DNA of 64,000 nucleotides from positions 223,090-287,089 of the forward strand of contig JAEOSU010000051.1 of NCBI GenBank assembly GCA_016840165.1, given 5' to 3'. Source of the DNA: Promethearchaeota archaeon (lineage in GTDB: Archaea > Asgardarchaeota > Lokiarchaeia > Sigyniarchaeales > SOKP01). The notes under the pieces were generated by a model. That model ran no database searches. It saw only the letters and a program-made list of their open reading frames with translations, and had not been told where the DNA came from. The stretch's first letter is position 1. Every line of letters starts with the position of its first letter. Below are positions 41,536-50,492 of this stretch, piece after piece. The position numbers and the translations under genes were made by a program.

Positions 41536-41674
41536 TAATTCTCTATTTCTTTGTTTCAATCATATTTCTAAAACTCCTAATTTTATAATTTAATTACGAT
41601 AACTTTAATAATTAATCCGTTAATCTTCAAATACTATTAACTAAAAAATAATTAAAAAACAAAAGTGAAAAATT

Positions 41675-41899
41675 ATGTCTTGGACTCCACCGTCAAAATT
41701 TACGGTTTTTTTATCATTCCTCTTATTTTTAGGAGGTTTATTTATAATAGTCGAAATAATCTTTGACGTTTTTGGTATATTACCGATAATAGGATTTTTA
41801 GGATTTAGTTATCATCAATCTTGGGTAATAATAGGTCTAGTATTATTTTTTCTATCTTGGATTCTATTTTATCTAGGAGTACAGTTAAAAGGGTTATAG
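41675..41899 (+). CDS. Small two-TM membrane protein
   Basis: 74 aa, two hydrophobic helices, T-rich tract downstream. Confidence 0.65.
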   Translation: MSWTPPSKFTVFLSFLLFLGGLFIIVEIIFDVFGILPIIGFLGFSYHQSWVIIGLVLFFLSWILFYLGVQLKGL

Positions 41900-42082
41900 A
41901 AATTTACATTATATTTTTTTTTATTTTCTAATATTATTAATTTCATAATAAAATTTTTATGAAACAAAAAATTCACAAAAATGGTAATACTCGTAATTTG
42001 TAATTACGATTATACTTTAGTACAGAAATACAAACCTACAAAAAAAACAATAATAAACAAAACAAACTTGGAGGTAATATAC

Positions 42083-42361
42083 ATGTCAAAAGAAGCAAAT
42101 AGTGTTTTTGTTGGTCGACGTCCAACGATGAATTATGTTATGGCGACCATGATGATCCTCAATAAAGGTGAAGACTGCACCGTAAAAGCTCGTGGAAGAG
42201 CAATTTCTCATGCAGTTGATGTATGTGAGATATTAAGAAATCGATTTTTAAAAGGAACTGAATATAAAGATATTAAACTTTCCACAGAGCAACTTGAGGG
42301 TGAAAACGGGCAAAGTAATAATGTATCAAGCATTGAAATTGTACTTGCTCCACCAAAATAA
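42083..42361 (+). CDS. albA: Chromatin protein Alba
   Basis: VFVGRRPTMNYV, VKARGRAISHAVDV, NVSSIEIVL; start reassigned to ATG 42083 after RBS GGAGGT. Confidence 0.95.
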   Translation: MSKEANSVFVGRRPTMNYVMATMMILNKGEDCTVKARGRAISHAVDVCEILRNRFLKGTEYKDIKLSTEQLEGENGQSNNVSSIEIVLAPPK

Positions 42362-42796
42362 ATTAAGAGAAAAATAAAAAAATTCTCTACGCTCAAACAA
42401 ATTAACAAATATTACCCTTTCTTTTTTTTATATCATTATTTTGTTAATAAAACAGGACTATATTATACTGTTTTAGAAACCAACTACTATTTTAAAGAAG
42501 ATTAACTGAATTTCTCTTATATGATATACTTTTTACTAGGATATTATTAATTGGTTGATAGATTTAAATGAATATTCCTTTCCTAGTTGATATGATGAAA
42601 CTCTAAGATCAAGAAAAGAATGTGAAAAACCATAAATTAATTAAAAATTTAAGATTTGGTATCAAATTTTCAATAAGATTTAAAAACTCATATGGTAATA
42701 ATTTATATTAATAATAAATGAAATTCCGGTTTATTAATCAATCAGATAAGAATAAAGGTATAAAAATTAAAAATAACTAAAAGAGGATGATGAATT

Positions 42797-42979
42797 ATGG
42801 CAGAACCCCTATATGTAAAATCAAAGGTAAGAGAATATATCAAGAAAAAGAACTGTAACACTTCAAGTGGAGTTCTTGATGGTAATGCACTAAATAAGAT
42901 AATTATGGAAATGCTAGACCATGCTGTAAGAAGAGCTAAAGCTAATGGTCGTAAGACAGTTAAGGCAAGAGATTTATAA
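42797..42979 (+). CDS. Short histone-fold protein with truncated alpha3 (Bd0055 / face-to-face-like)
   Basis: MAE.LYVKSKVREYIK...NTS...AVRRAKANGRKTVKARDL; RKTV..RD histone signature; RBS GAGGATG and T-tract terminator. Confidence 0.88.
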   Translation: MAEPLYVKSKVREYIKKKNCNTSSGVLDGNALNKIIMEMLDHAVRRAKANGRKTVKARDL

Positions 42980-43104
42980 AACAAAATCTTCCATTTTTCT
43001 TTTTTTATTAATTTTAATCTCTTTAATCAGAAACCACAAGTCCCTAAACATTTATAAAACCTAATTTTATTGAGATCATAGAAAACCTAATTACATCTTA
43101 AAAA

Positions 43105-43632
43105 ATGGAAGACTTATTTGTATTTTTAATCATAGTTAGTATCTTTTTCTTATTAGGTTTTATTTCTGCATATTTTGTTAGTATAAAATATAAAAAACAA
43201 AGAACAAATAAGGAAAAAAAAGTAAAAATCGGGAAATACCGATGCCTTGATGGCCATCTCGTAAGGTCTAAAGGGGAATTAATTATCGACAATTATCTAT
43301 TCTTTTTGGGTATCTCACATGTTTATGAAAAAGTAATTATATTACGGGGAAATAATGTTAAATGTGACTGGTTTCTGCCTAAATTTAATTTATATATAGA
43401 ATATTGGGGTTATTCAGGAGAAAAATATAATAAGCGAAAAGAAGAGAAACTCAAATTATATCACAAAGAAAAAATTCGATTAATATCAATTGAAAATTGG
43501 ATGTTTTACGATATTTATACCAATATAAATCGAAAATTGGAAAAATATATGAAGATTCATCAGGAAAGGTTTTGGAAACCAATAAAAAAGTTTTGTTCTA
43601 ATTGCGGAAGTGAATTAGATGAACGATTTTAG
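43105..43632 (+). CDS. Membrane-anchored PD-(D/E)xK-like nuclease domain protein with C-terminal Zn ribbon
   Basis: N-terminal TM; VRSKGELIIDNYL...YE...DWFLP..YIEYWG...RKEEK; CSNCG. Confidence 0.65.
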   Translation: MEDLFVFLIIVSIFFLLGFISAYFVSIKYKKQRTNKEKKVKIGKYRCLDGHLVRSKGELIIDNYLFFLGISHVYEKVIILRGNNVKCDWFLPKFNLYIEYWGYSGEKYNKRKEEKLKLYHKEKIRLISIENWMFYDIYTNINRKLEKYMKIHQERFWKPIKKFCSNCGSELDERF

Positions 43633-43640
43633 CGCCATTT

Positions 43641-44825
43641 TTATTTTACAAAGTCCTCAATATGATTATAGACCTTCTCTAGGGTGTTTAAATTAGGTAA
43701 AAAAGTTAATCGAATATGATTTTCACCAAACTTTCCAAACCCAGAACCATATACCGTACATACCCCTGTTTTTTTCAGTAGATCAATAGCAAAATCTTTA
43801 TCCGTTTTCCAATTCCTTAATTCTTTCAAATTAATTTTAGGGAATAAGTAAAAGGCTCCACTAGCGTTAACGCAATTTATTCCTTCTATTTGTTTTAATC
43901 GTTTATATGAATAATCACGTCTTTCTCGAAGGGATCTTACCATTTCCACCGTATGATTACTTTTTGTTTTGAAAATTTCAATAGCAGCATATTGCGCTAT
44001 GCAACTTGCAGATAATCTTGCTCGGGCCAACTTTGCAATTCCTTCTTTAAGATCGATTAATTTATTTTCAGGATCATGATAATATAAATATCCTAATCTC
44101 CAACCAGTCATCAAATGGGCTTTTGAAAATCCATTCATTCCAATCACGGGAACATCTTTACTCAGGGAGGCAGGAGAGACATAATCTCGCTCATAAGTAA
44201 TTTGATCATAAATTTCATCTGAAAGTACAGGCAAATTATATTCACCTGCTATATCAATTATCTCCTTTACTTTTTTTTTACTAAATAGGACTCCAGTTGG
44301 GTTATTTGGAGAGCAAATTAAAATAGCTTGAGTTTTGTTTGTAATTTTATTCCTTAAGTCATCGATATTTGGTTCCCAGTCATCTTCTTCATTAAGTTCA
44401 TATTCTATTGGTATACCATCATAGAATTTAGTATTATTGATATATAGTGGATAAGTTGGTCCTGGAATAAGAAGTTCCTGACCTTTCTCAATCATCGCAG
44501 CTAAAAGGAAATATATTGCTTCAGTTACTCCTGTAGTGACTACAATATCGTCACTATTTATATCAAGATTGTCCTTACGCTTTAAAGACTTGCTAATTTC
44601 CTCTCGTAATTCAACTACACCTAGAGAATCTGCATAAAAGTTCTTTCCGTTATAGCTTGCATTAGTTAATGCTTCTGTTATGAATTTAGGGGTTTCAAAA
44701 TCATACTTTAAGGGGTCACCAATGTTTAGATTAAATATTTGTTTTCCCGTTTTTTTCACTTGATCTGCGATTACAGCAATATCTCTAATTGCATATTCAA
44801 TATCTCTTACTCGCCTCGATACCAT
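43641..44825 (-). CDS. Class I/II PLP-dependent aminotransferase (alanine aminotransferase-like)
   Basis: LNIGDP, SPNNPTG, SDEIYD, GFSKAHLMTGWRLG, GSGFG. Confidence 0.9.
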   Translation of the reverse strand: MVSRRVRDIEYAIRDIAVIADQVKKTGKQIFNLNIGDPLKYDFETPKFITEALTNASYNGKNFYADSLGVVELREEISKSLKRKDNLDINSDDIVVTTGVTEAIYFLLAAMIEKGQELLIPGPTYPLYINNTKFYDGIPIEYELNEEDDWEPNIDDLRNKITNKTQAILICSPNNPTGVLFSKKKVKEIIDIAGEYNLPVLSDEIYDQITYERDYVSPASLSKDVPVIGMNGFSKAHLMTGWRLGYLYYHDPENKLIDLKEGIAKLARARLSASCIAQYAAIEIFKTKSNHTVEMVRSLRERRDYSYKRLKQIEGINCVNASGAFYLFPKINLKELRNWKTDKDFAIDLLKKTGVCTVYGSGFGKFGENHIRLTFLPNLNTLEKVYNHIEDFVK

Positions 44826-44983
44826 TAAGAATCACTTGAGTTATGAGTACGTATATTAAGATAAAATATGAATATTATAATTAAGTTTTTCATTTAAAGT
44901 TAAATCTACTTTTGCTACTAAGTATAGAAATTATCTTTAAATTTAATTTCAAAAAGGAATTTAAAAAAAAGGAGTTTAAAATT

Positions 44984-45226
44984 TCAAATTTCAGTGTTTA
45001 GATTCTTAATCAATGACAATAAATATTGAGCATGAAATGATTCTTTATCATCTAATTGATCATAAGAACTAATATACTCAGTTAATTGTTTTTGTTTTTC
45101 CAAAAATTCTATTTCTATATAACCCTTAGAGAAATCTAAAATGAAATCTCTATAACCTTCATAATATTCTTTTTCTTTTACAATGTCCGAAAATTTTACT
45201 AAAGTTTCCATTTTTTTCACATCCAT
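44984..45226 (-). CDS. Small helical protein; stand-alone paralogue of the helical hairpin of 49539-50177
   Basis: Ungapped 50-aa alignment with 19 identities to the 212-aa protein; may start at MET (45211). Confidence 0.75.
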   Translation of the reverse strand: MDVKKMETLVKFSDIVKEKEYYEGYRDFILDFSKGYIEIEFLEKQKQLTEYISSYDQLDDKESFHAQYLLSLIKNLNTEI

Positions 45227-45286
45227 TTATATTAATTTAAAGATATGACTTATCTATGTAAATTACCATCATCAGATAATTTAAAA

Positions 45287-45320
45287 AATTTGATAAGAAA
45301 AATTTTAAGAGATTTGACAA
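45287..45320. promoter_or_regulatory. Copy 1 of shared upstream element AATTTGATAAGAAAAATTT-N8-TTGAYAA
   Basis: Exact 19-bp match to 50236-50254 plus a second TTGAYAA at the same 24-bp spacing. Confidence 0.6.
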
Positions 45321-45425
45321 ATTAATTTTTCAAAAATTTGGCTTAATAATTTTTCTTATTATAGAAATTAAGAATATACAAATTTAGAAAAATGTGGAAA
45401 ATAAAAATAAAAGGAGGATATAATT

Positions 45426-47684
45426 TTATCTGTATATATCTTCAACAATTTTAATCGATTTTTTATAAGATTGTTTTGCTTTATCGGCACCCTTCTTTAC
45501 TTTTTCAATTGCTCTTTCAAACTCTTCTTGGGATATTTTAAATTTCATATAAGAATTTGGGTCTGTTACGTCTACATTAATATCGAAGACTCCCCTTCTA
45601 ATTGCCAATATGGCAGCTTCTTCACAAACTCCTTTGATATCTGCACCTGTATACCCTTCCAATTGCTCTGCTAATGTTTCAATATTTATATTTTTATCAA
45701 TTGGACGATCTTTTAAGTGAATGTTTAATATTTCTATTCGAGAGTTTTTATTTGGTAATGGGATTTCAATATGCCTACCAAATCTACCGGATCGTAATAA
45801 CGCAGGATCTAATAAATCTGGCCGATTAGTAGCTGCAATTAGGATGACATCCCGTAAATCTTCTAATCCATCCATCTCCGTAAGAAGTTGAGCTACAACT
45901 TGCTCAATTACTCTTGAACCAGAAGATTCAGAGCGCCGTGAAGCAATTGCATCTATCTCATCAAAAAAAATAATACATGGTGCTGCGGCTCTCGCCTTCC
46001 GGAAAACTTCCCGTACTGCTTTAGCACTTTCTCCAACCCATTTAGAAAGGAATTCTGGTCCCTTAACTGAAATAAAATTGATTTCGGTTTCATGAGCCAG
46101 TGCTTTTGCTAATAAAGTTTTTCCTGTACCTGGGAGCCCAAACATTAAAATCCCATTTGGTGGTTCAGATTTCATATATCCATAAAAGCCACGGTATTTT
46201 AAAGGCCACTCAATTATTTCTCTTAATTGTTGCTTCGCGTCTTCTAATCCACCAATATCATCCCATGTTTCCCTTGGTTGAGTTATTAAAACCTCTCTTA
46301 ATGCTGACGGTTCAACGCTACTTAATGCATCATTAAAGTGTTCCATTTTTATTTTTAATTGAACTAATACATCTTCGGGGATGGGTTTATCTAAATCAAT
46401 TTCTGGAATGATTTCTCTTATAGCAAGCATCGCTGCTTCTTTACAGAGTGCTTTAATATCCGCTCCGATAAATCCATGCGTTTTTTCCGCAATTTCTTTG
46501 AGGTTTATTTCAGCATCTAATGGGATTCCTCTAGTGTGAATTAATAATATCTCATAGCGACCATTTGTATCAGGAACTTTTATTTCAATTTCTCTATCAA
46601 ACCTACCTGGTCGTCTTAAGGCAATATCAACATTATTTATTTTATTTGTGGCGGCGATAACAATAATTTCTCCACGTGTTTCTAAACCATCCATTAATGA
46701 TAGTAATTGAGCCACGATTCGTGATTCTACTAGACTTTTTCCCTCTTCTCTCTTAGGTGCAATCGAATCTAATTCATCCAAAAATATTATTGAAGGAGCC
46801 TGTTCTTTTGCTTCTTCGAATACTTTACGGAGATTCTCCTCACTCTGTCCAAAAAACTTACTCATTATCTCTGGTCCACTTATACTTATAAAATGAGCGT
46901 CCGTCTCAGATGCAACCGCTTTAGCCAACAAAGTCTTTCCCGTTCCAGGAGGTCCATATAATAATACACCTTTAGGAGGTTCGACTCCTATTCGTTCAAA
47001 AAGTTCAGGATGACGAATTGGAAGTTCAATTATTTCTCGAATTTTTTGAATTGTTCCTTCTAATCCTCCAATATCCTCATATGTTACTTTTTCACGTATC
47101 TTTTGTAGTTTTTTTTCAATATCACTTATTTGTTCATATTTAACGATAGTACTTTTTGAAATATTCGATTTTTGAATTTGATCCGTGAACACAATTTTAG
47201 TATCCAGATTAATGGTTACAGCTTCCGTTTTTGGAGTATAGTCTACTACCGCTAAATCAATTCTATGTGCCATTGCATAGAAACTAAGATTATCACCCAT
47301 CGTTATAACTCGATTTTCCAATTTTCTAGCTAATGCTTGCGGATCTCGAGGGACTAATGAAGAATTTAACCCTGCAAACGTAATACTCTTCGCAGGACTG
47401 GCATCAATCTTTTTAATCTCCACTAAATCATCTATTGAGGCATTTAGGTTCCTTCGTAAACTAGGATCCATTCGAATAACAAAAATTCCTTTATCTTCAC
47501 TCCTTCCTGTCGATAATATTGCAACAGTTTTTTTATTAATTATTGGATGGTTAATTCTAATGATATCACCAACTTTCAAATCTAATTCTAAAATAACATC
47601 GGGATCAATTCTTACTATTCCTCTACCCGCATCTTCTTTAAAGGCATCTTTTACTCTTAACTTATATTTAGGCGCTTCATTCAT
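45426..47684 (-). CDS. cdc48: Cdc48/VAT AAA+ ATPase
   Basis: N-domain (GRGIVRID); D1 GPPGTGKT / IFLDELD / [10 protein letters not shown]; D2 GLPGTGKT / FFDEID / LRSGRF; C-terminal HbYX-type IYR. Confidence 0.95.
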   Translation of the reverse strand: MNEAPKYKLRVKDAFKEDAGRGIVRIDPDVILELDLKVGDIIRINHPIINKKTVAILSTGRSEDKGIFVIRMDPSLRRNLNASIDDLVEIKKIDASPAKSITFAGLNSSLVPRDPQALARKLENRVITMGDNLSFYAMAHRIDLAVVDYTPKTEAVTINLDTKIVFTDQIQKSNISKSTIVKYEQISDIEKKLQKIREKVTYEDIGGLEGTIQKIREIIELPIRHPELFERIGVEPPKGVLLYGPPGTGKTLLAKAVASETDAHFISISGPEIMSKFFGQSEENLRKVFEEAKEQAPSIIFLDELDSIAPKREEGKSLVESRIVAQLLSLMDGLETRGEIIVIAATNKINNVDIALRRPGRFDREIEIKVPDTNGRYEILLIHTRGIPLDAEINLKEIAEKTHGFIGADIKALCKEAAMLAIREIIPEIDLDKPIPEDVLVQLKIKMEHFNDALSSVEPSALREVLITQPRETWDDIGGLEDAKQQLREIIEWPLKYRGFYGYMKSEPPNGILMFGLPGTGKTLLAKALAHETEINFISVKGPEFLSKWVGESAKAVREVFRKARAAAPCIIFFDEIDAIASRRSESSGSRVIEQVVAQLLTEMDGLEDLRDVILIAATNRPDLLDPALLRSGRFGRHIEIPLPNKNSRIEILNIHLKDRPIDKNINIETLAEQLEGYTGADIKGVCEEAAILAIRRGVFDINVDVTDPNSYMKFKISQEEFERAIEKVKKGADKAKQSYKKSIKIVEDIYR

Positions 47685-47759
47685 AGAATTTCCCTCCTTC
47701 TAATCATAGTTAAATTAATTAAAAAAAATAAAATAATTAAAAATATAAAATTCTATCAT

Positions 47760-48743
47760 CTATTTTTTGAGAAGTTCAGTTGCTACATTGAACGCATGTT
47801 GATAATCAAAGATTTTTAGACCTTTAGTTTTAGCAGCCTCTTTCAATATTTCAGCCTCTGAATTAGCTTTCAATCTTCCCAATGCTAATGCTCCTATCCC
47901 AAAAATTCCAGGATATATCTCATCATTTTTGTGTTTTGGTTTAATCCCCTCAATTCCATATGGTGGGACTAGATTAATATCAACAGCTAACTTTTTTCCT
48001 GTTAATTTTTGCATCCATTCTTCGGATAAAATTTCCACTCCCGCTGCAGCAAGTGACCAAATAATGTCCGCTTCTTGAGCTATCTCAAATCGTTCTTCAA
48101 ATGCTGGAGCAAAAACACCGTTGATCTTTATTGCTTCTTCACCTGCCTCTTCAGTTAATTCCTTAGCTAAATTTTCGATAAATTCTTCACTGGATTTATC
48201 CCATGTTTCTACTATAGAGGTATTACAACCAATTTTTGCCGCTAAAATAGCTGCTATTCTTGCTACTGGACCCGCACCAAAAATGACAACTTTTTTCCCT
48301 TTCAAATCATTTATTCCATGCTTTCTATTTGCGATATCAATTGTCATTGCTACCACCGCAGATGCCGTCGTATGAGATCCACGCGGATCAATGACTATAG
48401 GGCATTCAAATGGAGGTACTAATGACTTCTTTACGGCCTTCGCTATCTTTTCACCCTCTTTAACGTCAGATCCTCCTATAAAGAAAGTAGTGGGAGCGTT
48501 TGGTTTACGGGAAAAGATTGCATCTTGCACAAGTTTTGGAACATAATCCGCTTTCATTTTACTGACAGGTACCACGATATCAAAACCTGCATCATAGGCC
48601 ATATTTATATCAAATGGAGAGGCATTTTCATCAGTATCAAAAAAATAACAAATTTTATCAAAATTATCTTGCTTCTTAATGAAAATGGGGGTTAGCTCAA
48701 TGATAGATTTTCCCAATATACTTTTTGTTTTTCTTTCGACCAT
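47760..48743 (-). CDS. NAD(P)-dependent methylene-tetrahydromethanopterin/THF dehydrogenase (MtdA/MtdB-like)
   Basis: FDTDENASPFDINMAYDAGFD, VQDAIFSR, FIGG, PPF, DPRGSHTTASA, GAGPV, DINLVPPYGIEG, GIGALALG. Confidence 0.82.
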   Translation of the reverse strand: MVERKTKSILGKSIIELTPIFIKKQDNFDKICYFFDTDENASPFDINMAYDAGFDIVVPVSKMKADYVPKLVQDAIFSRKPNAPTTFFIGGSDVKEGEKIAKAVKKSLVPPFECPIVIDPRGSHTTASAVVAMTIDIANRKHGINDLKGKKVVIFGAGPVARIAAILAAKIGCNTSIVETWDKSSEEFIENLAKELTEEAGEEAIKINGVFAPAFEERFEIAQEADIIWSLAAAGVEILSEEWMQKLTGKKLAVDINLVPPYGIEGIKPKHKNDEIYPGIFGIGALALGRLKANSEAEILKEAAKTKGLKIFDYQHAFNVATELLKK

Positions 48744-48785
48744 TATTTTCAACTCTTTTTTGCTATTTTAAATTTAATAATTAAA

Positions 48786-49517
48786 TTATTTAGTAATATC
48801 AATTTCAACTTCCTTTTCCAGTTCTTCTTCCACTTCTTCTGTTTTTATCGTTCGTTTTATTTTCACTTGCTCAGATTCGATTCCTAAGTCCTTTGTTAAC
48901 TTTTCAATTCCATCAAAGTGGCGAGGATCGCATATAAATAAAGCCTTTAGCTTCTTTTCATTTATCTCGCGTGCTAGATTTAGGATATTCATCATCATCC
49001 ATGCTTCTCTTACTTTATAACGAACTTCATCTTCTTGAGTATTATAATCTTTTTGCATATATTCTTTCCATAGTACTAATTGCTGAAAAAATTCATCCTT
49101 TTCAGGATTTTTACCCTGGTTCTTAATTATATCACGAATTCTGTTTTCAAGATTTTGGATCATCGAACGATGTTCATCTAACGCAGAAGATAAATATAAT
49201 TCAGCATTTTCTGAAATATCTGCATGTTTGAAAGGAATCTTATATTTTGCAAACAATGCTTCTAGTGGATCATTTTGATTTAATCCATTATCCCAAGAAT
49301 TTGGTTTCTCTTCAACTGCGAAATTAGGCCTATATTTTTCTATTAACGATTCAATCAGTTGCAAATACTCTTTCGAAATTAAATGGAGATTCCATATAAG
49401 ATCGTCTTTTACTTCTTTCGGTACTTCAAACCACCAGTCGATAGGAAACTCACTTTCGACCATTATTAATTTTAAATACTTATCCTTTAAAGGTTTTAAT
49501 TCTAACACTTCTGGCAT
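48786..49517 (-). CDS. Hypothetical protein, paralogue of 49539-50177 (possibly TraB/Tiki/EreA-ChaN-like fold with helical insert)
   Basis: Shared EVLELKP, IP....DI...A..YL and R..W....L.LA; also KYRPNFAVEE and ALFICDPRH. Confidence 0.65.
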   Translation of the reverse strand: MPEVLELKPLKDKYLKLIMVESEFPIDWWFEVPKEVKDDLIWNLHLISKEYLQLIESLIEKYRPNFAVEEKPNSWDNGLNQNDPLEALFAKYKIPFKHADISENAELYLSSALDEHRSMIQNLENRIRDIIKNQGKNPEKDEFFQQLVLWKEYMQKDYNTQEDEVRYKVREAWMMMNILNLAREINEKKLKALFICDPRHFDGIEKLTKDLGIESEQVKIKRTIKTEEVEEELEKEVEIDITK

Positions 49518-49538
49518 TTATAATCCCCTCATTATATT

Positions 49539-50177
49539 TTAAAAAATTACATTTTGAATAATATGCTTTTTATTATAGGACACAACTTTCACTCCTAATT
49601 CTCTTAAATTTTTTGTTATTTCTGGGCAAATTTCCTCACAAATATCTTCTTGGACAAAATGAACAAATACAATAACATTCTTGTCATAGGATGCTGCTAA
49701 ATCTAACATTTTTTTAACTATCCATTGGGGTCTTAGTTGTAAACTAAGAAAGTTCTCCTTTTCCTGAATCTCGACTCCTAGCATATCTATCCAATTTTTC
49801 AAACTAAGTCCTTTGTATGATTCCTTATCTTTCATGCTTTCATATTCTTCAAATAATTCTGTTTGAAGTTGCTGTTTTTCTATAATTTCTTGATATAAAT
49901 ATCCCATTGCATAATCTGGGATATCTACTTGAAAGTAAGGAATGTTCAGTTTCTCTAATGTTTGTGCAAAAGGAGTTTTACTAAATTCCCTCATGATTAC
50001 TTGAAAGTCAACCGTTACAAAATTAACGCCATTCTTCTTTAAAAATACTATTAATTTTGATGGATCCATATCCTGAAAGTATTTAGCATTCTCTTTTGAG
50101 CTAATAAATGCTGTAATTTTCCTTTTTTTTATTGGTTTTAATTCTAAAACTTCCATTTTTTTATACACCTCATTCAA
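49539..50177 (-). CDS. Hypothetical protein, paralogue of 48786-49517 and 44984-45226
   Basis: Same shared motifs; likely start at MEVLELKP (50156) after a GAGGTG RBS. Confidence 0.65.
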   Translation of the reverse strand: MNEVYKKMEVLELKPIKKRKITAFISSKENAKYFQDMDPSKLIVFLKKNGVNFVTVDFQVIMREFSKTPFAQTLEKLNIPYFQVDIPDYAMGYLYQEIIEKQQLQTELFEEYESMKDKESYKGLSLKNWIDMLGVEIQEKENFLSLQLRPQWIVKKMLDLAASYDKNVIVFVHFVQEDICEEICPEITKNLRELGVKVVSYNKKHIIQNVIF

Positions 50178-50207
50178 ATTGGTTTTTTAAGAGAAAGGTT
50201 ATCTAAG

Positions 50208-50443
50208 TTGATAATCCTCTTGTCAAAATAAAAAGAATTTGATAAGAAAAATTTCTGATATTTTGATAATTCTATTAATCAAAACTTCAAATCGTACAAT
50301 TTTTCTTGTTATATCAAAAATCTACATTCCCTTGCCCAAAGTTGATAATCAATTTTTTGAATTCAAAAAGGTCATGATCAATTTCAGACAAATTTAAATA
50401 GTTGGGTAACAATCATTATCATGGAGAAAAATAAATTTGTCAA
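50208..50443. promoter_or_regulatory. Divergent promoter region with six TTGAYAA half-sites, including copy 2 of the shared 19-bp element (50236-50254)
   Basis: TTGATAA at 50208, 50239, 50263 and 50342; TTGTCAA at 50220 and 50437; palindrome TTTTTGAATTCAAAAA at 50354-50369; TATA-like TTTAAATA at 50393-50400. Confidence 0.55.
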
Positions 50444-50492
50444 AATAATAAACTAACAAAAAAGATAATCAAAAAAAAGGTGGGGGGATTGT

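Noticed and set aside
11778-42082. Extended N-termini in the ORF track (11778, 37025, 40828, 41981)
   Set aside because: Downstream ATGs match the family N-termini and, in most cases, follow an RBS, so the starts were reassigned.
50208-50352. Assignment of the TTGAT/TTGTCAA sites to bacterial FNR or Rex boxes
   Set aside because: Spacing does not fit TTGAT-N4-ATCAA or TTGTGAA-N4-TTCACAA, and no such regulator is in the window.
50421-50456. 11-codon ORF MEKNKFVKIIN in frame with the HdrA fusion, about 25 bp after a TATA-like box
   Set aside because: Two TAA stops separate it from the main frame, and it is too short to support as a leader peptide without expression data.
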